Of a stretch of DNA of 64,000 nucleotides, positions 50,451-64,000 are shown in pieces (position 1 is the first letter of the stretch; every line of letters begins with the position of its first letter). The stretch covers positions 2,693,567 through 2,757,566 of the forward strand of contig MU053629.1 of NCBI GenBank assembly GCA_013239625.1, written 5' to 3'. The position numbers and the translations under genes are program-made. The DNA is from Lama guanicoe. Taxonomy: Eukaryota. A model generated the notes under the pieces. The model ran no database searches. It had not been told where the DNA came from and worked only from the letters and a program-made list of their open reading frames with translations.

Positions 50451-52877
50451 GAGAAAGAACCTAAGTTAAGTTTCACTTACCTTCATGAAATAAACTGAAT
50501 TTAGTTTTGCTTACAGGGTTTATACGTTTTTATCAGCTCTGGGAATTCTCAAGTCTGGTTTCCATCTTGTATTTAATTTTAATAGTATCCTCTGTGGGGC
50601 TTGGGCCCCCCATTTGTCAGGGGAGGGCCTGAGTTTGATAATCTCTACATTTTCGTCCAGGCTCTGACATTTTATGATGCTAAGCTCCAGGCTCAGGGGA
50701 GTGGAGATAACAGTGTGACAGAAACAAACAGCACAGATCAGAACAGCCCCTGCCTTCAGTGACACAGCTGATCCACTACGCCCAGCCCAACTGAGGCGCC
50801 CCGCCCTGTGGGGATGAAAGATGCGGGGGAGGGGGGCTGCATGGTTACGCCGAAATGGCCAGGCTGGACACGCCGGTGCACGCCCACACACACACGTGCG
50901 CGTGCAAACACACACATGCCCAAATATGCCGATCCACATACTCACACCTCCACATCGGCACGAACACACCACGCTCATCCCAAGTGCTGCGTGCTGCACA
51001 GCACTGCCGAGTCTGGGGACCTACCCACTTCTCTGCCTTTAGTCACCAGCTACCATTTCTTGGGGTCTGTCTGTGAGCCTGGGGCATCATGCTGGCCCCT
51101 AAGCTTCCTTTCCCTCGCAGAGTCATTGAGAGATTCAAGTGAAATATCAGAACAAGAATAGTGCTTTGGAAAACAAACATATGTGCCTCATGATGGGGAG
51201 TGGTGTTGGGGTTCACCCACATTAAAGCTGAAAGACAGTGTGGTACAGCGGTCATCACCCAGGCACGGGAGCCACACCGCCTGGGGTCTGAGCCTAGCTC
51301 TTCTACTTCCTAGCTGTGTGACCTCAAGCAAGTCACTTAACTTCTCTGTGCTTCAGATACTTCATCCATGAGCAGGCATGATGATAGTAATATCCACCTC
51401 ATTAAGTTTAGTTTTACATGTGTCAACATGGGTGCTTGGCCTCTAGTCTGTGCTCTGTGAGGAGGCTATCACCCATTGCTAAAATCAGGCACTGGTTTTG
51501 GGGGGGAAAAAAATCAGGAACTGGCCCACTCCATTGATCTAAATCAAAACAAAAGGGGAAAAAAAAAAAAGAGAATCTCATCTCAGTTCAGAGAGCAGGA
51601 GCAATATGAAAAGAGGTAATGTTTCATCTTTAATTAAAATTTTTTCCATGCTAAGTATTTTTATGCATATGTTTTATTTTTATTACCCGACCATTTCATT
51701 ATTGTGTGGTTACTTATTGCTTTGTGATTTAGACTTTTTAAACATTTAATGTTCTTGAATAAATCACACATGCACTAGCCACAATATTTGCAACGCTCCC
51801 CACCCTGCCTGCGTCGTGTGCCCACTTTGGGCGGGAGCAAAGCATGGGGACTTGAGTGGGGATTTGGCCCGGGGGCTGCAGGTTCACTCCCAGCACTGGC
51901 TCCCAGGCCACTGTCCAGCCTGGGTGAGGAGGACTAAAAGGTCAGAAGGGCAAGTGTGTGGGAAAGAGGGGTTAGGAAGATGGACAGGGACCAGGGGACA
52001 GGGAGAAGATAGGACATGGAGAAAGTGGAGAAGGAAGCTAGGTCAGAAAACAGATCGTTCCAACCTGAAAGCACAGTATCTAAAGAGTAAATCCTTTTAA
52101 AATCAGCTAAGCTCAAGATGGGGCTTGCTGGGATTGAATTAGGCGTTTACTCATGGGCACAATTCCCAGGATCCTCTGTCTGATCCTCAGAGCAGCCTTG
52201 GGAGAGAAGGAAGGAGCCCGTGCAAGACAGAAACAGCCCCGGTCCTCTCACGGTCTGACGGCGGGGAGTAAGGATGCACAGTCGCTCAGGCCCAGAGGCC
52301 CCAGGGCCCCAGGCCCCAGCAAGTCCTCTCGTTCCTACTCTAGAGAACACACTGATGAATATGGGCAGGCGGCGCAAGGATGTCCACTGCAGCATCAAAA
52401 ATTGGAAACAGAAAATATAAATGGCATTATTTAGTACACCATGTATTTGTCTCCGCTGCATATGAAAGTCTACAGTTACCTGAAAAAAAATCTAGGAAGA
52501 TATCACGCCAAGCTGACAACGATTGCCCCAGGAGGGGGCCCGGGCTTGGGGCGATGGAGAGAGGACCACCGTCGTATTTTATTTTTTAACAAGGAGGATG
52601 TTTTTGTGTGTTGCTTTGAGTTAAATTAATTTTTAAAAATTAAAGGCATGATGCTGGTTGAAGAAGAACCAAATTGATCTAGAGGGAGAAGGGATTTGGG
52701 CAAGAATAAGAGAAAATCCAGCAGAGATTGGAGTTGGGGAGAGAAAGAAGAGGGGTTTGGAAGGTGGAGCCTGGAGATGGGCAAAGAGAACATTTTAGTC
52801 TCTTTATATGAGGTGTGATATAACTGAGTCTCTGATGCCTCCCAGACTGTTCAGTGAAGACTTGAACAGCTTTTGAA

Positions 52878-52988
52878 TTTGTTTTGGGGGGAGGTTTATT
52901 TACTTATTTACATGGAGTACTGGGGATTGAACCCAGGACCTCTTGCATGCCAGGCACAGTCTCTACCACTGAGCTATACCTCCCCCTC
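52878..52988 (-). mobile_element. tRNA-derived SINE (vic-1-like)
   Basis: ggggattgaacccaggacctcttgcatgc...gagctatacctcccc on the + strand. Confidence 0.82.
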
Positions 52989-55900
52989 CAATTTGCTTTT
53001 CGATATTGGACTTTTCTTTCAAATGTAAAGCTGAGCTTGACCACAAGGTGGACTGGTTTTATTTGGGTTACACCTCACTTGGCAGACATTTATGGAGCAC
53101 CTACTGTGGGCACTGGGCTGGCTCGGGATGTACGGGGGTCGGGAATTGTTCCACGGTGGCGGCTACACTGAGACACGTCATGCAATGAAGCAGAAACACA
53201 GGCTGTGAAAGCAGAAAGAGGGGGGAGCCTTGGTTCTGTGCCAGAGTCATGCTGGCCTCATGGAGGCAGAGACCTGGGTGGTGGGCCTTGATGCAAAAGT
53301 AGGAACGTTCCAGACACGAAGAACTGGGGGAATGCCTCTCAGGCCGTGATGCGTGGGCTTCTTCCCAAGGTTCAAGGTTGCAACCTGTGGGGGAGGATGA
53401 GTCCCAGAGAGCGAGCATCTCCGTGTGGACAGCGCCCCCACGCAGAACCTTTCACACTCCTTCCTTCCAAGCCGGGCTGACAACCAGCATTGTCCTTGGA
53501 GCTGGAAATCCTGGGTCCCTTGCCCAAAACAGCTGGCATCATAGGCCTCCAGACGTGACGCCGTACAAAGGACACTCTAAATGGTCAGCAGGAAACATAA
53601 GACAAATCCACACTGGGGGTCACTCTGGCAGACAACTGACCTTGTCCCTTCAGAAATGTCCGCGTCAGGGAAAACAGGAAAGGCTGGGGCTGTTCTGGGA
53701 GAGTGGAGAGCAGAGAGACATGATGACCAAGGGAGTGGGTGAGTCTTGGCTGGATTTTGGATGGAGGAAACACGGACGAGGCAGAGACTGTTGGCACAAC
53801 TGGGGACATCTGATAATGGGCTATATATTAGGTAACAGTTTTGGATCTTTTTTTTTTTAAATGATGGAAATGAAAAGAACATTTGCAGTATTTCCCTGGG
53901 GGTGGGAGGACAGGGGTGGGTGGGAAGAATCTATTATTTTACAAGGAAAACAAATGCCTGGGTTCCAGTCCTGGCCCTGTCACTTCCTACCTGGGATATA
54001 AGTGGAACCAGTTTTTGCAACCACTTGGATACTGGTTCACCACCCAGGAAATGGGCTACGGTAGTGTGGACGTGGTGTGGCTCTTGAGGGCACACAGAAG
54101 CTGTGGCTGGTGGGTTAATTCACTTCAGCCACCCAGGAGGGCTTACTGGAGACCCAGCCGCGCTGGAAGCATCCGCTGAGTCAGGCCCCCTGAGGCTCCT
54201 TCCCCCTGTGTGGGAGAGGCAGGCTGGGGGGGGGGTCTGCACCCCTTTGCTTCCTTCCCCCACCCCACCTCACCCTTCTCCCCACCAGCCCCAGCCCCAG
54301 AATAGGTGCAGCAAGATTTATCCACCGCAGGGTGCTGCCTGGAAATGTAGCTTAGATCTCCTTTGTTGGTTTCCAGCAAATTAAAATTTATCTTTCAGGG
54401 AGGAAATGAGGGGGTTGGGTTGTTTTTTTTTTTTTCCTTCCTCTTAATGGGCCCTGATGAAGGAAATGAATGCGGGGAAGGATCAGAAATACGATCCACC
54501 ACTCGCCGGCTCGGAAAGGTCTGGGGGCTCCCTGCGCCCCCAGAGGGGGCAGCTGGGCACAGTGTGTTTTATTATATAATTAACCTTGACCCTTCTGGGT
54601 TCAAAGAGAGAGGTTAGGTGGAAATAAATCAATAGTCTGGTCTGGTCACTTCAAAGGTTTCAGAACCCGCTGGAAAATTCCACGTTGGTTCAGTGTGTAA
54701 ATTGGAGTAGGGTGTGCAATTCTTTTTGAAAGGTGGGGAGAGGGGTGGTTAGGTCTAAAATTGAAATGAATTGTGTATCCACTTCCTTTAATCAAGCAAT
54801 CAGGAGTCTTTATTGTGTGTCTCGCTGGGGTGGGGAGCCGATGGGTAGGTCTGAAAGAAAACACTGTGTGACCTCTATGTGGCCACTGGGCCTGGCTTGA
54901 GGACAATAGACATCTCCCCAAGCTTAGGAAGCACCTCCCCCCCAGCAGGGCACAGCTTTATTCCGACATGTCTGGAGTTCTTAAACTCACCCAACCATCA
55001 CCATCATGATGCACAGCATTTACTGAGTGCTTGCTGTGGACCACGTGCCAGGAACTTACCAGTTATTTTCTCATTTGATCCTCATAACAACCCAATTAGA
55101 TAAGGACCATTATTATCTCGATTACAGATGAGGAAATTGAGCTTCAGAGGAGCTAAAGAGCAAGTCCAGAGGTTTTCAAAGTCTGTTTCCACATCAGGGC
55201 TCAAGGAATGAAAAGACGGAAGGAAGAATGCAAATTACGCATTCTCCAGTCTCCACCTACGTTTCCCTGAAGCTGTTGGAAGGTGAATGGAGCTGGTTTC
55301 TCTTTAAGTCTCTCCCAGCTTCATCTCTAGTTCACCTTTCATCTCTCGCTCCTTCTTTCTCTTTCTTCCTCCTCCCTCTTTGCTTTCCTGCTTTCTTTCC
55401 ACCAGCGTTTACTGAATACTTAGTGCTGCTCCACGCCAGCACTGGTGGGTCATTAAAGGATACAAGCCACCGTGTCCGTCCGTAGCAAGGTCACATCCTA
55501 AGTTCCCTGAGCAGGCATGACCCACACACATCATGTGCGATTTGTGCTACAGAAGGAAATCGCTCTGTATGAGAGGACGCAAAGGAAGGGCAAGGGCTGG
55601 AGAGGTGGTTCTGGTCGGAGAGGATCAGGGAGGATCTGGAGGAGGTGATGTTTGGAAGGATCTGGAAAGAAGGAATGGTCATACAGTATCATTCCAGGCT
55701 GAAGGAACCACTTGCAGTAAGGCCTGGAGACACTCCTGCCTGGTTGGTGTGTTTCAGAGAAGCCATGAGCCCGGCTTGGAGGACTGGCATGGATGACAGG
55801 GGCAGAAAATGAGGCTCTGCTCCGACTAATCATAATGATAGCAAGCATGGTCCAGTGCTTTACATAACTGACTTCTTTGCTGCTCATGACAACCTATGAA

Positions 55901-56267
55901 GTGCGTGCTATGCTTGTTCATAGTTTATGGAGGAGGAAATGATAGCACCAGAGGATGGGGACGCCCACTGGGTCACACAGCCAGACAGCGGCTGAGCAGG
56001 AACTACGAACCTGAGCCCATGCTCTTAACCACTGGGTGCACAGTCTCTTGTGAGGGGGCTTTGCATGCCAAGCTAAAGACATTGGACCGCTCTGGGGGCA
56101 GTGGGAGCTATGGCAGGTTCCTGACCCAACCTGCATTTTGGGACATGCCCGAACTCCTTAATCCTCTTTTCCAGGGTCTGACATTCCTGGGTCACTCCTC
56201 AATATTCAAAAAGGAAATGTCCATTTCAACCAATTTAGACCACTCTTTCTCTTCGAAGTCTTCCTTT

Positions 56268-56412
56268 TCTTTTTTTAACTTAATTTTATTGTTATTTGGG
56301 GAGGGGAGGGAGATAATTAGGTTTATTTACTTAGTGGCGATACCGGGGATTGAACGGAGGGTCTAGTGCATGCTAAGCATGTGCTCTACCACTTGAGCTA
56401 TACCATCTCCCT
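56268..56412 (-). mobile_element. tRNA-derived SINE (vic-1-like)
   Basis: ggggattgaac...gcatgctaagcatgtgctctaccacttgagctatacc on the + strand, with a T-rich tail to its left. Confidence 0.82.
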
Positions 56413-56928
56413 CAACAACTTCCTTAATCCTGGCCTTCAGTGTTTTCTTCTGCTTCCTCAGCTTGCCGGTATTGGATAAACTGCAGTTATTTTAATTCAA
56501 GCCTATACTGTCGGCTCACTGAGGGCTGGGTCTGTATTTCCTACATGGGGCGTGGGGCGGCAGCTCATCTTAACTGCTAACTTCAATCAGACTTGGGTAG
56601 AGATCAGGCTTTAAATCCCTGGAGCTGTAATCCTCGCCAACTCCACAGGGTGGCAGAAAAACCCTCCAGCCACAGCCCTTCTCCCGGGAGCAAGGAGACT
56701 GCAGGCTTGGCTCCTGGGTCCAGAGGCTCCCTCCGCTCCAGGGAGGCCTGGCCGCGTGCAGAGGTCCCGTCAAGCTCTCTTTCTTCTTTATCCCGCTCAC
56801 CCCCTCCTCCGTTGTGGGTCGCTTTGCTCTGCCCACCCCAGGCCCTCTACCTGTAACAATGGTATCATTTGAACATTTAAACTGCACTCTTCACTTATAT
56901 GAACGCACCGAGTCCTCAGGAACTTTTT

Positions 56929-57032
56929 AAAAAATCATTATTTTTAGGAGGTGCTGGGAATTGAACCCAGGAGCTCGCGCATGTTAAGCATACGGGTCAA
57001 CCACTGAGCTACACTGTCCCCACCCCTCACCG
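56929..57032 (-). mobile_element. tRNA-derived SINE (diverged vic-1-like)
   Basis: Diverged reverse head; GGAACTTTTT direct repeat on both sides. Confidence 0.75.
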
Positions 57033-57039
57033 GGAACTT

Positions 57040-58125
57040 TTTTCTTATGACAGCTTTTTCAAGCCGTAATTCACATACCACACAATGCACCCATTACAGT
57101 GTGCAATTCAATTGTTCTTGATATAATCAGAGTTGTGCAACCATCACCACAATCAATTTGATAACACCTCCAAGAGAAACTCTGTACCCATTAGCAGTTA
57201 CTCCCCACCCTCCCCCGTCCCAGCTCCCAGCCCTCCTCCACCCCTCCACCCCTGTCCCCAACTACTAATGTACTTTCTGTCTCTATAGATTTGCTTATTC
57301 TGGACATTCCATATAAATAGAATTATAGAATATATGGTCTTTTGTAACTGACTTCTTTCACTTAGCATAATGTTTTTGAAGTTTATCCGTTTTACCGCTA
57401 AGTAAAACTGTTGTATGGTTATACACCATGTTTCCTCATTCATCAGCATTCAGGTTGTTTCCACACTTTATCTCCGACGGGTAAAACGCAGCTATGAACA
57501 GTGGTGTGTGTACAAGTTTTTGTAAAAACACATGTTTTCATTTTTCTTGAGTATACACCTAGAAATGGAGCTTCTGGGTCACGTAGTAACTGTCTGTTCA
57601 GCCTTTTGAGAAGCTGACGGGTTGTTTTCCACAGCAGTTGCACTGATCTTCATTCCGACCAGCAGCATGTAAGGGTTTCAGTTTCTCCACATCCTCCACA
57701 ACACTTGATATTATCTGACTTTCTGATTCCAGCCATCCTCGTGGGAGTGAAATGGTGTCTCATTGTGGTTTTCCTTTTCTTTTTCTTTTATGTGCTTATT
57801 GGCCATTGGTGTCTCTTCTCTGGAGAAATGTCAGTTCAGATCCTTTGCCCATTTTTATGTTGGGATATTATCTTTTTATTATTGAGTTGTCCTTATTACT
57901 GAGTTATAAGATTTCTTTAAACATTCTAGGTACAAGTCCCTTATCAGAGATAGGATTTGCAAATATTGTCTCCCATTCTGTGGTTGTCTTGGCATGTTCT
58001 TCATGGTGTCATTTTGTGCCAATTTTGCACACAAGTTTTTAATTTTGATGGTGTTCAATATCTATTTTTTCTTTAGTTGCTTGTTCGTTTGGCATCGTAT
58101 CAAAGAACCTGTTGCCTAATCCAGA
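57040..58125 (-). mobile_element. L1M 3' fragment
   Basis: gttgtgcaaccatcaccacaatcaattt, ttctggacattccatataaatagaat and gtgaaatggtgtctcattgtggtttt. Confidence 0.85.
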
Positions 58126-59124
58126 GTCAGGCCGGGCCGTGGGCATTTTGGAGCGATGGCAGGGTGAGACCTGCATCATGACAGTTGGGTACATGGAACA
58201 GGGTGACCAACAGGCAGTCGTGTCCTTGGGAGCACCAAGTCCAGCTACATCCCTCTTGAGCTCAAGGAGCAAGGCCCTACTCTTCCTGGTCATCCTGGCT
58301 CCTCCCTGGGCCCTCCTCTCAGCCTCTCCTCCCCCACCTCCCTGCCCCAAATGGCTCCGCATCAGTCCTGTAGTAACTCTCTGTGGGAGAGGCAGGGTCT
58401 AGATGGCCCACTCCCTGACTCTGGCCTGAGCTAAGAGTTCGAGACAGCAACCCCATCCTTGGTGTGCCCAGACTCCCACCCAGTCCTGGGCAGGGTGACT
58501 AACCTCCTCACTGCCCCACCGGGTCTCCAGGTCCTGCCTTCGCATGCACACACGCCACCCTTCATTCTTCTCCCTCCTGTTCCCTCTGGGCTCTGGAGCT
58601 CAGTCCAGTGCAGAGTCTGCCTGTGGCCTGGCTGGGCTGAGGGGACAGGGTTCCAGGTGGGGTGTGGCTGTTGTGGGTTCCAGCCCTGACTGTGCCTCTA
58701 ACTTCCCTGTGAACTTGGGTGAATCCTTCACCTCGTGGCTCTTGGTTGCCGTGTCTCCTATGAGGGGGTCAGTGGTCCCTTCCAGCTCTTGTCATTCTGG
58801 GCTCTACCACCCCGGGCAGATGGGGCTCTCAGGCTGGCTCCCCTTGGCCCTTCACCCGTCACAGCCCCAGCAGAGGGAGCAGGCAGCGGAGAGCCTCTTG
58901 CCAGGTGTTCCCAGGGGCCTGGTCCCCCCTCCCTGTGACCTCAGGATTGCCCCCATCCCGACCAATCTTCACTAATCACAGGGATAGGACCCACGAACAG
59001 TCCTGGAGTAGGAGTTGGGAGCACTCCCTGTCTTCCTGCCGCCCCTCCCATCACACCCCAGGGCCTCACACCCCAGCCACCCAGCTGACAGTGGTTCCAT
59101 GCCCGGCATCCCCCCAGAGTGGTC

Positions 59125-59610
59125 CTGTGGTCGAACATGTCCACAAATTTTTTGCCTCTACTCCCATCAAAAAGTGGAATCTAATTCATCTCCCTGGAAT
59201 ATGCCGGCCTTAGCGATTTGCTTCTCATGAGTAGAATGTGGCAGTGGCAGTGACACTGTGGGACGTCCAGGGCCAGGTTCTAAATGATGACGCAGTTTCT
59301 GCCTGGCTCTCTTTCTCAGGATGCTGGTCCCTGGGTCCCAGCCACCAGGCTGTGGGGAAGCCCAGGCACGTGGAGAGGCCACATGCATCGGCCGACAGCC
59401 AGCATCGGCCACCAGACAGGAGACCAGTGAGCCTTCAGATGATTCCAGCCCCCAGGCTTCACACCGCCTCAGCTGATGCCCAGTGGAGCAGAGACAGCTG
59501 TCCCCGCCGAGCCCTGCCTGCCCCAACCACAGATTTGTGAGCAAAAGAAATGTCAGGTTAAACCACTATGTTGTTGGGTGGTTTGTTACCGAGCATCAGA
59601 TAATTGGAGC
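59125..59610 (+). mobile_element. MLT1-type LTR
   Basis: tgtggtcgaacatgtccacaaattttttgcctctactcccatcaaaaagtggaatct...ttaaaccactatgttgttgggtggtttgttac...gataattgg. Confidence 0.75.
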
Positions 59611-60879
59611 AGGCTGCTGCTGGGTTCTGCCCAAAGACAGTGTGTGTGTAGGGGTGGGGTGAGGTGGGGGGTGTCTTCAGCCTGCAGCGGCCACTGGGTG
59701 ATTTGAGATCTCAGGGCCCAGATTCCAGCCGGGCCACTCAGCTTTGATACCAATTTCTGCTAAACTTCCTAACTGGAACCCCACTTCTCCTGGTACCTTA
59801 GCCCAGCTCATGGCCTTGCTAGAACAGGCCCTGCCTATATTTGCATGTGATTCGTGGGCAATTTCCATGTATCTACATGGGTCATGTTAGGTGGGTCTTA
59901 AATGTTTCTGGGCCCCTCCCTAGGGGAGGTACTACCATCTTGGACTCTTGGAGGGGACAGGGGCACTGGGGGTTAGCTGGCCCGCTCTCCCACCCCACCA
60001 CTATCTGCTCCAACAGATGACAAACCCATCACCCCACCATGTGGATGAAGAATTTCTGTGTTTTTGAAGTTCTGTGTAAAGAGAGGTGAGGCATTAAATC
60101 TATATGTGGGCTTAGTTCTTTCCTCTGGGGGAGGGGGAAATCAGGACAAGTCAACCAGTTCCCTCCAGGACTCAGGACAGCTACCACTGCAGACTCAGGC
60201 TTCCTTTCTCAGCTCAGTGTCCACAGCATCATCACCGTTTCTGAGCTGCAGCTGGTTTCCAAATGAAATCTCATGAAGAGTCCAACATATAAGACAGAGT
60301 AGAGCTGCTCTGGGTGAGAGTGCGCACAGCTGGAGAACCAGGGCCCTAGCCACAGCTGGAGAACCCAGTTTGCAAGCCGCCATCCTGGTTTGTTCCTCTC
60401 AGAAGATGCCTCAGTATAGAACACGGCTGTCCAGACTTGCAGTCTCCCAGGGGTGAGCCCCGCCTTTTCATTTCAGCAGTGGAGGAGACACTGACATTCT
60501 AAGCAGTTGCATTACACCATTGCCTCTTACTAAGCTTGAGGCCCACTGAGACCTCCGGATCTTTGTCAGCACAACACCCTTAAGCCAAATCTCTCTCGGC
60601 CTATCCTCAGCCTTGGCAGCCCCAGATACCTGGCTTCGGGAGCTTGGACTGAAGAGAGGACAGGGAGGAATGGAGGCCCTAGGGAGCCTCCCCGCCCACG
60701 GAGAAGACCCAGCACGCACGGTGCCTGTCAGTGGCGCACATGGGTCTGCTGTCATCACCCTGGCCTCGGGCCCTGTGAGGGTCTGCCTGGCTCACTACCC
60801 TGATCCCAGCACTCCCACCCCTTTTCCAGGACCTGACACAGCCACCAAAACACCCGAGATTCACTTTGGCAACAGGACT

Positions 60880-60885
60880 TTTATT
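60880..60885 (-). terminator. IGDCC3: Probable distal IGDCC3 polyadenylation signal (AATAAA), implying a 3' UTR of ~1.75 kb
   Basis: tttatt on the + strand, followed on the minus strand by the GU-rich sequence gggtgttttggtgg. Confidence 0.7.
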
Positions 60886-61968
60886 CAGTTAAAAATGAGT
60901 GTGACAAAACCCAAGACAGGGCAGGTGGCCCTCGTCCCTCCTCTCCCAGACCCACCCTTCCCATGGGAGAGGGGGGTTCCAGGATGAAAGGGGATGCAGA
61001 GAAGTCGCTGCAAGGACCGAGGACTGGGAACGGAGGGGCACTGCCTGGGAGGTCTGAGGTGCCCTCAGCTCAGGCCCCGCATTTGGGAGAAGGGACCACC
61101 GCCCTTCCCCAAGTCCACCTGGACAAGACTCCCGTCTTCTAGAAAAACACCACCAAATCTACCTTCCTCAGCTAATTAACTAAAGTCTGGGGTTGGGGGG
61201 TCCCTAGAGGGGTTGGGGGTCAGGGACTTTATGGTCTAATCGCATATTTAAGGAATACACATCTTTTTCTCCTTTAAAAAAAAGTTTCCTTTCTGCTATT
61301 TAAAAAAATGTTTCTGAGTGTAACCAAAAATAGGATTTTGTTTCCTTGTTTTTTTTTTTTTGTCCTTTCTCTTTAACTAAGTCTTTCAAAGAACACCACA
61401 ACAGAAAAGAGAAACAAAAAGTCACAAGAACATAAATCTTTAGACACAACTTGTAGAAAAATAGCTTCTGGCCACATCTGCTGACCGTGGTGGCTCCACT
61501 GCCTTGGGGGAGGTGGGTCAGGCTGGCGGTGTCCCATGGGACAGAGGGCTGGGGACCCCCTGGCACACACACAGCCCCCCGCACACACAGTGCACCCTAG
61601 GAGCCGGCTCTGTGTCTGGGCAGGACAGGAGGCAGGCTGCGGGGTGACGTCCCACCCTCCGAGGTCCAGGCGCAGAGAGGGTCTGGGGGTCCCAGCCAGT
61701 CAAGGAGGAGTCGGCCGAGAGGGTCAACACAGAAGTGGACACGCAGATGGGATGGGAGCACCAACAGCGTGCGGGGAGGTGGCTAGTCTGGAGCAACAAT
61801 TGATACTCCCAGGAACCAATTTTCCTCTTATGTTTGGCTTTTTTTTTTTCACATTTTCTTTGACCAATTCCATCTTTATTTCTGCAGGCCCCAAGAGGCC
61901 CACCCTTGGTGAGGAGCCGGGAGGGAGGGTCCAGTGATACAACACAGGCCCGAGAGCCAGCGAGCCTC

Positions 61969-62173
61969 GAGGTAGACATTTTCTTTCACACCTGGGAAGA
62001 GGGAAGTGCTTTTTTTTTCTTTTTTTTTTTTTTAAACTCTGGACAACAATGTAGGGAGGGAGAGGGCGTGCCCCTAAAGGGGCTTGAGGTAGGAGTGCAT
62101 TTGGGGCTCTGTGGGGCAGGGGGCTGAGGCCACGACCCCACTCCCCCGAGGACATTCATTCCGGCTGAGGTAG
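61969..62173 (-). promoter_or_regulatory. IGDCC3: Cluster of let-7/miR-98 seed sites in the IGDCC3 3' UTR
   Basis: mRNA-sense 8mers CTACCTCA at 62166-62173 and 62085-62092, and a 7mer-m8 CTACCTC at 61969-61975. Confidence 0.85.
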
Positions 62174-62620
62174 GTGCTGAGCGCCAAAACAGCAAAAATC
62201 CATCCTGAGAAAACAAGGTCGTGGAGGGTTGACCGTGTCGGGGCCCAGCCACAGCAGGGGCGTTTTTGGAGTCTAATTCACCTTCTCTCTTCTCTCTCTC
62301 TCTCTCTTTTTTTTTTTTTGGATTTCAAGTTTGTTATTTTTTTTAAAAGAAAACCATTAGTTCAGTTCCAAGTCACATGGGTACCAGGCAGAGGTTGAGG
62401 GGTGCCCCTGGCCCAAGGGAGGGGCTTCTGCAGGATTCCCTCCGGGTCCTTGGCGGGGTGGGGGGTTCCCTGCCACGGTGCTACTGTAGGTCCTGAGCAT
62501 CTGAGGAGCAGTCAGGACAGAAATGCTGGGAAGCCCCCATCTGAAGCCCACATGACGGGAGAAATCTTGCCTTTGACCTGAGAACGGGGTTTGCTCCCTC
62601 CAGAGCCTGCTGGACACTGG

Positions 62621-62848
<228 letters not shown>

Positions 62849-62975
62849 TCAGTATGAAGCCAGGGGCCTGTGAGCCTCAAGTCAGAGGGTCAGGCCTTGG
62901 ACCCAGTCCCACTCAGGGGCTGTCTCCTGGCTTCCCTGCCTGACTCAGGACACAAAGAAGAGGCACTGGCCACTA

Positions 62976-63677
<702 letters not shown>

Positions 63678-64000
63678 TCAGCTGCTCCCACTCCCAAGTC
63701 TGCATACCAACTGCCCTTGTCCATGGGACCCCAGCCCAACCTTTTCTCTTCTTTTTACCAGTTATTAAGCACTAACTTTGTGCCAGATACTGGGAATAAC
63801 ACTTTACATGGACCCTTTCGTCTTCCACACCGTTCTATAAAGCAGATATTACGATCTCTATTTTATAAAGGAGAAAACCGGGGCTCAGAGGGGTTAAGTA
63901 ACTTGCCCAAGGTCACACAGCCAAACAGCAAATTCAGGTCTAAGCCTATGTTCCCCAGGGCTGCATGTACTGTCCTACACCTCCTACCTTCCCTGGGTGC

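Overview
Mammalian genomic DNA, most likely camelid, inferred from at least eight tRNA-Ala-derived SINEs of the camelid vic-1 type. The gene order matches the human 15q22.31 PARP16-RNU5A/RNU5B-IGDCC3 block as I recall it. The window holds: (1) a complete six-coding-exon PARP16 gene on the minus strand (ATG 32875 to TAA 13539; 969 nt, 322 aa) with a CpG-island promoter containing a ~116-bp tandem duplication; (2) two intact-looking U5 snRNA genes on the plus strand (38412-38528, 44522-44638), each with octamer+SPH distal element, PSE and a 3' box-like motif; (3) the last three coding exons and 3' UTR of IGDCC3 (minus strand), with a let-7 site cluster. The rest is intronic or intergenic and rich in L1, L2/MIR, MaLR/ERV LTRs and hAT DNA-transposon fossils. 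Most ORFs in the track are spurious. I cannot demonstrate a new biological system. The best leads are two sequence-encoded routes to a PARP16 isoform lacking its membrane anchor, a chain of 3n micro-exon candidates at 2.3-3.8 kb, an extra motif shared upstream of both U5 genes, and the duplicated PARP16 promoter unit. Gene and repeat-family names come from recall, not database searches, and repeat boundaries are approximate.
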